The notes under the pieces: model-generated
Databases searched by the model: none
The model's input: only the letters and a program-made list of their open reading frames with translations
What the model was told of the DNA's origin: nothing
Part shown: one piece after another, positions 13,851 to 21,673 of the stretch
How positions within the stretch are numbered: position 1 is the stretch's first letter
Layout of the letters: every line of letters begins with the position of its first letter
Origin: Candidatus Nitrospira inopinata
Lineage (GTDB): Bacteria > Nitrospirota > Nitrospiria > Nitrospirales > Nitrospiraceae
NCBI RefSeq assembly: GCF_001458695.1
Contig: NZ_LN885086.1
Span: 240,001 to 272,000 of the forward strand
DNA length: 32,000 nt
Direction of reading: 5' to 3'
Position numbers and translations under genes: made by a program

Positions 13851-15529
13851 GGCTCCCGCCCCTCGTGCCACAATCGCACCCCGGCGCCGGCCGGATGCGG
13901 CAAACAAACGACAAAACGGGCTCCCTCGTTTTCTCGGCTTTCCACCTTGATCCATCCCCCGTGCAAATCGACAATGCGATGCACGGCCGCCAACCCCAAT
14001 CCAGATCCATGGCTTTTGGTCGTAAAGAACGGCAGAAAAATCTTGTCCAGGTTCTTTTTCGGAATCCCCCCTCCGGAGTCTTGAAAAGAGATTTCCACGA
14101 CGTCCGCCTTTCGACCGCCGACGTCCACTTTCCGGCGCCCGGTGGCGATCGCGAGTCGTCCGCCGTGCGGCATGGCGTCAAACGCGTTGACGGCGAGATT
14201 CCAGAACACCTGTTTCATTTGATCTTGATCGATTTGCGCCGTCAGGGCTTCGTCGCTGAAGGAGGTCTCGATGCTGACGTTCGTTCTCCCACGCGCCTCA
14301 TGTTGGACCAGGTCGATCGTCTCGGCAAGAACTTTGTTCAAATCCGCCTCTTTCAAATTCAGCGCGGGCGGTCTCGCGTATTGGAGAAATTCCGTGATGA
14401 TGGCATCCAGTCTGGTGGCCTCGCGAATGGCGATGTCCATCAAACGCCGGCTGGTTTCATCGGCGGGAGCGTCGTTTCGCAGCATTTGCATGGCGCCGGC
14501 GAGCGCGCCAAGGGGGTTCCTGATCTCGTGCGCCATGCCCGCCGACATCTCGCCGAGGGTCGCCAGCCACTCTTTTCGCTTCATTTCATCTTCCAGGTCG
14601 CGAATTTGCGTCAGATCCTTGAAGACGCCGACCAAGCCCGTTTGTTCTCCTTGTTCCTGGAGCGGCGCGATCGTCATCCCCAGGACCAGCCGATTGCCGT
14701 CCGCCCGTTTACATTCCACTTCCAATCGTCGATGGGCGTCGAGCACGGGGGAATCATGATCCTCCCGTTGAGGAGGACGCCAATTGAACACATCGGTCCA
14801 GGGTTTCCCATGCACTTGGTCAAACGTGTAGCCGGTCGCCTCTTGGGCCGCGGGATTGAACGACGTAATGCAACCGCGTTCGTCGGTCGTGAACACGCCG
14901 CTGCTGATGCTTTGGACGATGGACTCGTGGAACGCCCGCAACCGGCTCAGCCCCCGCTCTTTCTCGCGCAGCGACCGATCGGCCTGCTGAAGTTGATCCG
15001 CCAACGCTCCGCTCAGAAACCCGACGACCAGAAACGCGAGCCCGTGAACGCCGAAGGTCTGGAGAGATTCGGCCGCGCTCAGACGAGCCTGCGGCAACCA
15101 GCCCCAAGATTCGGTGAGTCCATAGAGTTGAACGTTCGTCAACATGCCGAAGAGGATGATGCAGAGACCGGCGGTGAACAGCCCGGCGTGCCGCCGCGGA
15201 ACGAGGCTGGCCACCGCTACGCTGATGACGTACAGCACCGCAAAGGGGCTTTCGACTCCTCCCGTTCTCGCGATCAAGATCGTTTCCAGCAGCAGATCGA
15301 CGGCGATTTGGACCCACGCCAACCGGCCCATCGCTTCGGGGCTCGCGAGCTTCCGCATCGCGATCACGTAGATGATGGTCGCCGCGTAGGTAAAGACGAT
15401 CAGCGCGTAAAAGGTCTGAGCCTGCTCTCCCCTCGTGACATGAAAGGTCAGAGAGAGTCCCAACAGGAGGGTCACCAACACCAGGCGCAGCCCCATCAGC
15501 CAGTAAATTCTCGTCCTGATGTCTCTCAT
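13835..15529 (-). CDS. Membrane sensor histidine kinase (multi-TM N-terminus, PAS, HisKA, HATPase), PilS-like by context
   Basis: About 6 hydrophobic helices in the first 190 aa. PAS region (ISSGVFTTDERGCITSFNPAAQEATGY), H-box MAHEIRNPL, and G-boxes DSGGGIP and GSGLGLA. Confidence 0.9.
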   Translation of the reverse strand: MRDIRTRIYWLMGLRLVLVTLLLGLSLTFHVTRGEQAQTFYALIVFTYAATIIYVIAMRKLASPEAMGRLAWVQIAVDLLLETILIARTGGVESPFAVLYVISVAVASLVPRRHAGLFTAGLCIILFGMLTNVQLYGLTESWGWLPQARLSAAESLQTFGVHGLAFLVVGFLSGALADQLQQADRSLREKERGLSRLRAFHESIVQSISSGVFTTDERGCITSFNPAAQEATGYTFDQVHGKPWTDVFNWRPPQREDHDSPVLDAHRRLEVECKRADGNRLVLGMTIAPLQEQGEQTGLVGVFKDLTQIRDLEDEMKRKEWLATLGEMSAGMAHEIRNPLGALAGAMQMLRNDAPADETSRRLMDIAIREATRLDAIITEFLQYARPPALNLKEADLNKVLAETIDLVQHEARGRTNVSIETSFSDEALTAQIDQDQMKQVFWNLAVNAFDAMPHGGRLAIATGRRKVDVGGRKADVVEISFQDSGGGIPKKNLDKIFLPFFTTKSHGSGLGLAAVHRIVDLHGGWIKVESRENEGARFVVCLPHPAGAGVRLWHEGREPWKRS

Positions 15530-15553
15530 GGCGCGACCGGCCCGCGAGAGCCT

Positions 15554-15574
15554 GCCCGGCTTTCCTCGCCGGGC
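15554..15574 (-). promoter_or_regulatory. 7-bp GC hairpin about 25 nt upstream of the kinase ATG
   Basis: GCCCGGC-tttcctc-GCCGGGC on the + strand. On the mRNA the loop reads GAGGAAA, the only SD-like element upstream of ATG 15529. Confidence 0.35.
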
Positions 15575-15756
15575 AACCCGTATTCTTTGTTAACGATCAC
15601 CTGCGCGGGAGCTTCTTGGGAAGCGGAGAGGACGTCGGGGTGGAGACCCGTCGGCCGAAACTTTCACGAGTCTTGACAAGGACGGACGATCTCCTTCGTG
15701 AAGCATCGAGTCGAGCAGTCCGTCCTTGCGCCCGGCTCATTTTTTCCGGCTCCCCC

Positions 15757-16971
15757 CTATCCGATGGCGGACGCCATCGTAAAGATGGGCAAATACATGG
15801 CGACCACGATGAACCCCACCGTGACTCCCAGAAACACCATCATCATCGGCTCCAACAGCGCCGTCAGATTGGCCACGGCTTCGTCCACTTCGTCCTCGTA
15901 AAAATCGGCGATTTTCCCCAGCATGTTATCCAGGGCCCCCGTCGATTCGCCGACCGCGATCATGTGCGTCACCATTTTGGGAAACGTTGCGCTCTTGGCA
16001 AGCGGATCGGCGATCGTCTTTCCGCCGCTGATGCTGACTTTTGCCTCCAAAAGCGCGCCTTCGACGACCTTGTTCCCCGCCGTCTTCGCACAAATCGTGA
16101 GCGCCTCCAGCAAGGGCACCCCGCTGGACAGCAACGTCCCCAGAGTTCGCGTGAACTTGGCCACAGACGCCTTGAGGATGAGACTGCCGAAGATCGGCAA
16201 TTTCAGCAACGACTTATCGATCACCAACCGTCCTTGAGCGGTCGCATAGTACTTTTTGACCGCGACGACGATGCCGATGATCGCGGCCACGATCACGTAC
16301 CAACTGGCCTGCACGAAATTGCTCATGTCGATTACGAGCTGCGTCGGCCCGGGCAGCGCCATGGTCCCGCCGGACATTTCCTTGAACATTTTCTCAAAAA
16401 CGGGGATCACCCAAATCATGAGGACGGTGATGACGATGGCGGCGATGCCGATGATCGCCGACGGGTAGACCATCGCGCTCTTGATTTGTCCCTTCAATTT
16501 CATGGCCTTTTCAATGTGCTTGGACAGGCGGCTCATGATCGTGTCCAACAAACCGCCCACTTCGCCGGCATGCACCATGTTCACGTACAAATCGTCGAAA
16601 ATCTTGGGGTGTTTGCGGAGCGCGTCCGAGAAGGTCGAGCCGGATTCGACGTCGTTTTTGATTTCACCAACGGCTTTTTTCAACACGGCGTTCTCCGATT
16701 GGGTCGCCAGGATGTCCAGGCACTGAACCAAGGGAAGTCCGGCGTTGATCATCGTGCCGAACTGGCGCGTGAAGACCACCAGGTCCTTCTCGCTGATCCC
16801 GCCTCCGATACTGAACGAAAACGCCGCCTTGGCCGCTTTCTCCTGAAGGCTCGTGACGACGACGCTTTGCTTGCGGAGAATTTCAACCGCTTCGTCGCGT
16901 GTCTTCGCGACAAGCTCTCCCTTCCTGACCGCTCCGGATTTCGTTCGTCCGACGTATGCAAAAGTGGCCAT
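15757..16971 (-). CDS. pilC: Type IV pilus assembly platform protein PilC (GspF/T2SS-F family)
   Basis: 404 aa starting MATFAYVGRTKSGAVRKGELVAKTRDEAVEILRKQ. It has two GspF repeats and three TM segments. Confidence 0.9.
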   Translation of the reverse strand: MATFAYVGRTKSGAVRKGELVAKTRDEAVEILRKQSVVVTSLQEKAAKAAFSFSIGGGISEKDLVVFTRQFGTMINAGLPLVQCLDILATQSENAVLKKAVGEIKNDVESGSTFSDALRKHPKIFDDLYVNMVHAGEVGGLLDTIMSRLSKHIEKAMKLKGQIKSAMVYPSAIIGIAAIVITVLMIWVIPVFEKMFKEMSGGTMALPGPTQLVIDMSNFVQASWYVIVAAIIGIVVAVKKYYATAQGRLVIDKSLLKLPIFGSLILKASVAKFTRTLGTLLSSGVPLLEALTICAKTAGNKVVEGALLEAKVSISGGKTIADPLAKSATFPKMVTHMIAVGESTGALDNMLGKIADFYEDEVDEAVANLTALLEPMMMVFLGVTVGFIVVAMYLPIFTMASAIG

Positions 16972-17046
16972 GGTCTTGTTCGTCCTTCTTGCCCTGCCTT
17001 GCCTACAAAGGGCTTGCGCCGCGCACGGAACGATTCGCCTGCGGAA

Positions 17047-17075
17047 AGTCTACTGGGAGGCTGAAAACCTGTCAA
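17047..17075 (-). promoter_or_regulatory. Sigma70-type promoter candidate for pilC
   Basis: Minus strand reads TTGACA (17075..17070), 17 nt, TAGACT (17052..17047), about 75 nt upstream of the pilC ATG. Confidence 0.45.
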
Positions 17076-17092
17076 AATAATTACATTATTTT
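17074..17092. promoter_or_regulatory. AT-only inverted repeat AAAATAAT-tac-ATTATTTT abutting the pilC -35 (UP element or operator candidate)
   Basis: Perfect 8-bp arms read directly from the sequence. It is one of very few AT-only stretches in the window. Confidence 0.4.
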
Positions 17093-17126
17093 CCGGATGG
17101 GAGCGACCGTCGGAAAACGTGATCGC

Positions 17127-17669
17127 TCATCTGGGCAAGCTGGGCAGGTTGCTGTTGCGATAGCCCCGCTGCAGGTATTGAAAGCCCGAAATCACAGTAA
17201 ACGCGACCATGACCGCCATGAGCGGGGTGAGAATGGACAGGCTCTTGCCGAGCCACGTCAGAAGAACGGCCAGAAAAAGATAGCTCAGTTGCAACGCCGT
17301 CGTTCCCTTCCCCCACATCGTCGGCGTGACGTCGAGCCGGGTTGCCGTCAAATGAGCCACAGCCGTGCCGAGGAGAAGAATCACGTCGCGACTCACGACC
17401 AAAATCACCAACCACGACGGAATGAGATGCAACCAGGCGAGAGAGAGAAATCCCGACGTCAGGAGCAACTTGTCGGCGAGGGGGTCCAGAAACATCCCGA
17501 GCCTGGTTTGCTGATTCCACTTGCGGGCGATCAAGCCGTCGACGGCGTCCGTGAGGCCGGCGAGCAGGAGCGCCACAAGAGCAAGCCCGTATTCGCCGTA
17601 TGTCATGCAGCCGATGTAAACGGGAATCAGCAGAATGCGGAGAATCGTCAGACTGTTGGGAATGTTCAT
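17127..17669 (-). CDS. pgsA: CDP-diacylglycerol--glycerol-3-phosphate 3-phosphatidyltransferase (CDP-alcohol phosphatidyltransferase family)
   Basis: Motif DAVDGLIARKWNQQTRLGMFLDPLADK, matching DG(x2)AR(x8)G(x3)D(x3)D. The 180-aa protein is multi-TM. Confidence 0.85.
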   Translation of the reverse strand: MNIPNSLTILRILLIPVYIGCMTYGEYGLALVALLLAGLTDAVDGLIARKWNQQTRLGMFLDPLADKLLLTSGFLSLAWLHLIPSWLVILVVSRDVILLLGTAVAHLTATRLDVTPTMWGKGTTALQLSYLFLAVLLTWLGKSLSILTPLMAVMVAFTVISGFQYLQRGYRNSNLPSLPR

Positions 17670-17687
17670 GGAAAATGATCGGGCGTC

Positions 17688-17716
17688 ATCTTAGTAACCG
17701 TCATCCGGCTTGTCAA
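17688..17716 (-). promoter_or_regulatory. Sigma70-type promoter candidate for pgsA
   Basis: Minus strand reads TTGACA (17716..17711), 17 nt, TAAGAT (17693..17688). This predicts a very short leader of about 12 nt with no SD. Confidence 0.5.
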
Positions 17717-17721
17717 CGAAG

Positions 17722-17750
17722 TTGCAGTCGGCGGGCGACGTTTCTATAAT
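17722..17750 (+). promoter_or_regulatory. Sigma70-type promoter for the orphan gene at 17802
   Basis: TTGCAG (17722..17727), 17 nt, TATAAT (17745..17750). Confidence 0.55.
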
Positions 17751-17757
17751 GAATTAA

Positions 17758-17781
17758 CGCGTCCTTCATAATGCGGACGCG
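17758..17781 (+). promoter_or_regulatory. 5'-terminal stem-loop of the orphan mRNA
   Basis: CGCGTCC-ttcataatgc-GGACGCG (7 bp). It starts at about the predicted TSS and ends 20 nt before the ATG. The GGAGG SD follows it. Confidence 0.4.
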
Positions 17782-17801
17782 GTGAGTCTTGGGGAGGAAG
17801 C

Positions 17802-18140
17802 ATGAGCACGCTGCCGTTGCTTTTCAGAAAAGAGGGGCTTGTCGAAAAACATCAGATCGAGGGGGTCGATCCCAGCGATCGTTATTTTAATCGCGCCATT
17901 CTCGTCCATCGTTCTTCCTCGGGCTATACGGCCAAAGTCACCTACGAAGCCCTCACCGTCGAAAGCGGCTCTCATTCCACCATCGCCGCGGCGGTCAAGG
18001 AGGTGGTTCAAAAGCTCCAGGAGTTCGGCTTTACGCAAATGCGGACCAGGGTCAACTTCAGAGGATCGCGCTACCTGGCTGAAAAAGAAACGTGGATCGA
18101 ATACGCCGATCAGCCCGCGACTCCGCGCACACGCTCCTGA
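17802..18140 (+). CDS. Hypothetical 112-aa protein with no recognisable family
   Basis: Consensus promoter, with GGAGG 6 nt upstream of the ATG. Amino-acid composition is balanced, unlike the shadow ORFs. The 3' end overlaps the convergent hydrolase gene by 31 nt. Confidence 0.7.
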   Translation: MSTLPLLFRKEGLVEKHQIEGVDPSDRYFNRAILVHRSSSGYTAKVTYEALTVESGSHSTIAAAVKEVVQKLQEFGFTQMRTRVNFRGSRYLAEKETWIEYADQPATPRTRS

Positions 18141-19246
18141 TACACAAGATCGTGTATCGCGGGGCGAAACGCCCTGATCTTCTCGTTTTTCCGGGTGGGA
18201 TGCACCCGATTCGACAACAGCACCACCTCCAGCTCGCCGACGGGATCGATCCAGATCGACGTCCCCGTGTATCCCAGGTGTCCGAACGACTGTCGCGAGA
18301 AATGGCGCCCCGAAGAGGAAGGAACCGACGGCATCTCCCATCCCAAGACCCAGGTCGAGGCGGCTCCCTCATTCGGCGGCCGAACGAATTCCCGCACGAC
18401 GTCCCGGTTAAGGAGCGACGATCTCCCATGATAGGCGGACAGCCAGGCTCCTGAAACGGCGAGCACGGCCTCCGCCGTTCCAAACAGACCGGCATGGCCC
18501 GCGACGCCGCCAAGCGCCGCGGCGTTTTCATCGTGCACCTCACCGACGAGCAACCGCTTTCTCCAATCGTCCCATTCGGTGGGAGCCATTTGCCCGATCA
18601 GCGACGCCAGTCGCCTCTTTCCCTCTTGGTCGGTCGGCAGGTAGTGCAACAGTTTGGCCCCCGTCGGTTCCACGATACGCCGCCGCACGTACTCATCCAG
18701 CCGCGTCTTTCCCCCTCGCTCGACCGCCATTCCCAGCAACATGAAGCCCAGATCGCTATAGAGGCTTCTGCTGCCTCTTTCATAGAGAAGGGGTTCCCGG
18801 CCGATCAAGTGGAGCACCTGCGCTTCGGCTCGTGATCGTTCCTGCTCCGATGCGGGGAGGACCGCCTGCGGACTCAACCGTTCATAGAATCCTCTCCAGC
18901 CCGGTAGACCAGAACTGTGAGTCAGCAAATGCCGAAGCGTCGCCGATCCGACCGCCGCGCCCGCCAATTCCGGCAACAATGACTCGATGGGATCGTCGAG
19001 CCGGCATCGCCCCTCCTGCACCAACAACGCCAGCGCGGTGACGGTCGCCAACGGTTTGGTCAGAGAGGCCAGATCATAGATCGTCGAGGAGGTCACGGCG
19101 TCGCCCGGAGGCTGGGAGGACAGACGTCCGGCCGTTATCAGCCAGGTGTCCGTCACGCCGCGGCGAACGGCAAGCACCGCGCCGGGGAACACGCCGTCCA
19201 CCACGGCCTGTTCCAACGCCGCACGGAGGGACAGGGGAACCGACAT
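18110..19246 (-). CDS. Beta-lactamase-family serine hydrolase (class C / esterase / PBP4*-like)
   Basis: 378 aa with the SxxK motif in YDLASLTKPLATV, plus LLTHSSGLP and HLGYTGTS. Confidence 0.85.
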   Translation of the reverse strand: MSVPLSLRAALEQAVVDGVFPGAVLAVRRGVTDTWLITAGRLSSQPPGDAVTSSTIYDLASLTKPLATVTALALLVQEGRCRLDDPIESLLPELAGAAVGSATLRHLLTHSSGLPGWRGFYERLSPQAVLPASEQERSRAEAQVLHLIGREPLLYERGSRSLYSDLGFMLLGMAVERGGKTRLDEYVRRRIVEPTGAKLLHYLPTDQEGKRRLASLIGQMAPTEWDDWRKRLLVGEVHDENAAALGGVAGHAGLFGTAEAVLAVSGAWLSAYHGRSSLLNRDVVREFVRPPNEGAASTWVLGWEMPSVPSSSGRHFSRQSFGHLGYTGTSIWIDPVGELEVVLLSNRVHPTRKNEKIRAFRPAIHDLVYQERVRGVAG

Positions 19247-19303
19247 GATCGCACGTCCATCGGATCGTTCAATGGCCGCCCATGAAGAGGTGACCGAGCC
19301 CGT

Positions 19304-19816
19304 TCAGCGAGCGGAGCTGGAATCGCCCTGGAGCTTGACGTCGGAGACCATCTCATGATCGTGATAGGCCTCGCTCGCCTCGATATCCAGCATCCGTTCG
19401 AACGTGTGGAGCGTGGCGCGCATCCGTTCCACCATCAACAACCGCTGCTTCTGCAAGAGAGCCAGCTCCCGCTGCGTATCGGCCAATTCGACGCGAGCCT
19501 GCCGGAACAGCTCTTCGGCCTTCAGCTCCGCCTCCTTCACGATCAACTCGGCGTCGCGCTGGGCGTTCCTCTTGACGTCGTCGGCCAGCGACTGCGCCGA
19601 CATCAACGTGTTCGACAACGTCGCTTCCGCCCGTTTCAACTCCGTCACCTGCTGCTCCAGCAACGCAAGGCGCTCGCGCAATCCCGCGTTGTCCCGATTC
19701 AACGATTCGACGGTGCGCGCCACCTCCTCCAGAAACCGATTGACCTCTTCCTGATCGTATCCCCGGAACTTCACGCGAAAGGCCATCTGCTGGATATCGA
19801 GCGGTGTGATGTTCAT
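19304..19816 (-). CDS. divIVA: DivIVA-domain cell-division protein
   Basis: MNITPLDIQQMAFRVKFRGYDQEEVNRFLEEV followed by coiled coil. It follows yggT as in the conserved ftsZ-distal cluster. Confidence 0.9.
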   Translation of the reverse strand: MNITPLDIQQMAFRVKFRGYDQEEVNRFLEEVARTVESLNRDNAGLRERLALLEQQVTELKRAEATLSNTLMSAQSLADDVKRNAQRDAELIVKEAELKAEELFRQARVELADTQRELALLQKQRLLMVERMRATLHTFERMLDIEASEAYHDHEMVSDVKLQGDSSSAR

Positions 19817-19834
19817 GGCATTCCCCCTGTTGAA

Positions 19835-20137
19835 TCAATTCATTCGTAACGCCAAATCCTTCAGCGACTGCACCACCGCGTATTGCAAAAACGTAATGGC
19901 CAGAATGGCAACCAAAGGAGAGAGGTCCACTCCCACCCCCATTCTCCAGCCGATCCGACGGCGAATCGGCGACAGCACCGGCTCCGTCGCCCGATCGAGG
20001 AACTGAACGATCGGATTCCACGGATCGGGATTCACCCAGGAGATAAGCGCCCGCGCGATGATGATCCACATGTACAGCCACAGGGCGTAATCGAGCACCG
20101 TGGCGATTCCCAACAACACGTTTCCCACGACGAACAT
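19835..20137 (-). CDS. yggT: YggT family membrane protein
   Basis: Trimmed to ATG 20137 (MFVVGNVLLGIATVLDY...ARALISWVNPDPWNPIVQFL). It forms a TGATG overlap with the proC stop. GGGAGG lies upstream. Confidence 0.85.
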   Translation of the reverse strand: MFVVGNVLLGIATVLDYALWLYMWIIIARALISWVNPDPWNPIVQFLDRATEPVLSPIRRRIGWRMGVGVDLSPLVAILAITFLQYAVVQSLKDLALRMN

Positions 20138-20955
20138 CAGCCTCCCAGCTCCTGCGACCGCTTCGCGGCTGCTTCGACGGCATCGGTCAACGCCGCCCGC
20201 ATCCCGGCCCGCTCCAGGCAATGCAACCCGACGATCGTGGTGCCCCCCGGCGACGCGACTCGGTCCTTCAAAGACGCGGGATGTTCCTTCGTCTCCAAGG
20301 CCATGCGGGCCGCGCCCAGCACGGTTTGCGCGGCCAACAGGCCGGCCACGTCCCGGGGCAACCCCATCTTCACGCCCCCGTCCGTCAACGCTTCGATGAC
20401 AAGAAACACGTAGCCCGGCCCGCTGCCGCTCAGACCGGTGACGGCGTCCATCAATCGCTCTTCAACCGAGACGACTCTCCCGACCGCCTCGAACAGCCGC
20501 CGCGCGAGGTCCGCGTCCCGCTCTTGCACGCCGGGTCCGAACGCCAGCGCCGTCATCCCTTCTCTCACCAATGCCGGCGTGTTCGGCATGGCCCGAATCA
20601 CACGGGTTCGCGGTCCGCAGAAGTCCAGAATCCTGCCGATGGACAGGCCGGCCACCACGGAAACCACCAGCGAATCGGCGAGCGCGCCGGCGAGGTCCCG
20701 CAGGACGTTCCCCGCCACTTGGGGTTTGACCGCCAACACGATCAGATCGCCCCACGCAACCGGCTCCCGATTGGATTCATGAACCTGAATTCCGAATTGC
20801 CGTTTGAGGCGCTCGCGCCGATCCGCGTCGGGATCGGCCGCTCGAATGCGATCCGGCCCGCACAGGCCGGCGGACACCAATCCGCCGATCAGCGCCTCGG
20901 CCATCCGCCCCCCGCCGACAAACGCCACGTTGCGGTCGCTCATCAGGCTAGACAT
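20137..20955 (-). CDS. proC: Pyrroline-5-carboxylate reductase
   Basis: Trimmed to ATG 20955, with GGAG 6 nt upstream. Motifs VAFVGGGRMAEAL, AMPNTPALV and SPGGTT are present. Confidence 0.9.
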   Translation of the reverse strand: MSSLMSDRNVAFVGGGRMAEALIGGLVSAGLCGPDRIRAADPDADRRERLKRQFGIQVHESNREPVAWGDLIVLAVKPQVAGNVLRDLAGALADSLVVSVVAGLSIGRILDFCGPRTRVIRAMPNTPALVREGMTALAFGPGVQERDADLARRLFEAVGRVVSVEERLMDAVTGLSGSGPGYVFLVIEALTDGGVKMGLPRDVAGLLAAQTVLGAARMALETKEHPASLKDRVASPGGTTIVGLHCLERAGMRAALTDAVEAAAKRSQELGG

Positions 20956-21658
20956 GACGGGCTCCAAAAATGGCGGAACCGATTCGAACGAGCGTCGCGC
21001 CTTCCTCGATGGCGACGCGGTAATCGTTCGACATCCCCATGGACAGCTCCTCCATCGAGACACCGGGAATCTTTCGGGCCGCGACGGCTTCTCCCAGCGC
21101 ACGGAGCTTTCGAAAATAGACTCTCGCCTCTTCCGCTTCCCGAGTCGGAGGAGGAATGGTCATCAACCCCTTGATACGAACGTGCGACAGCCCCGCAATG
21201 GCCGGAATCGCCGGTTCAAGGCCGTCGGGATGAAAACCGGCCTTGGACGATTCCCCGCCGACATTGACCTCCAACAGCACGTCCTGCACGCGACCGGACT
21301 CCGCAGCGCGCCGATCGATTTCTTGCGCCAACTCCAGACTATCGACGGAGTGAATCAAATCGAACAGCCCGATGATCGATCGAACCTTCCGCCGCTGAAG
21401 CTGTCCGATAAAGTGCCACCGAACCGGTTCTCCGGCAAGCGCCGCGATTTTGGGGACCGCCTCCTGCACTCTGTTTTCTCCCAAAATCGACAACCCTGCG
21501 CCGATTCCCTCGCGAATGCGATCGATCGTCACCGTCTTGGTGGCGGCCACGAGTTTGACGTCGCCGGGAGACCGTCCCGCCCGCTCCGCCGCGGTCCGGA
21601 TCGCCGACAGGATCGAATGGACCCGCTGCGCGATCGTCTCGGAACCGGAAGACTCCAT
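20948..21658 (-). CDS. yggS: YggS-family pyridoxal-phosphate homeostasis protein
   Basis: VKLVAATKTV (PLP lysine context), GENRVQE, HFIGQLQRRK, SMGMSNDY. Confidence 0.9.
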   Translation of the reverse strand: MESSGSETIAQRVHSILSAIRTAAERAGRSPGDVKLVAATKTVTIDRIREGIGAGLSILGENRVQEAVPKIAALAGEPVRWHFIGQLQRRKVRSIIGLFDLIHSVDSLELAQEIDRRAAESGRVQDVLLEVNVGGESSKAGFHPDGLEPAIPAIAGLSHVRIKGLMTIPPPTREAEEARVYFRKLRALGEAVAARKIPGVSMEELSMGMSNDYRVAIEEGATLVRIGSAIFGARHV

Positions 21659-21673
21659 CGTAGAAACGCGCCT

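Noticed and set aside
13865-15676. 603-aa + strand ORF
   Set aside because: It is antisense to the histidine kinase and has R/P/G-rich low-complexity translation with no motifs. This is a typical GC-rich shadow ORF.
16985-17010. Possible sigma54 promoter (minus strand AGGCAAGGCAGGGCA) upstream of pilC. TGGCA-containing sites near 2029, 13863 and 22491 were also checked.
   Set aside because: The GG-to-GC spacing is off by one and the -12 TTGC element is missing. The other sites lie inside coding regions and lack the -12 element.
15616-17064. 482-aa + strand ORF
   Set aside because: It is antisense to pilC. The translation is H/D/R-rich with no recognisable domain.
19353-20183. 276-aa minus ORF across divIVA/yggT, and the similar out-of-frame ORFs 21339..22262 and 13222..14181
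   Set aside because: These are out-of-frame overlaps of well-supported genes, with R/G-rich composition.
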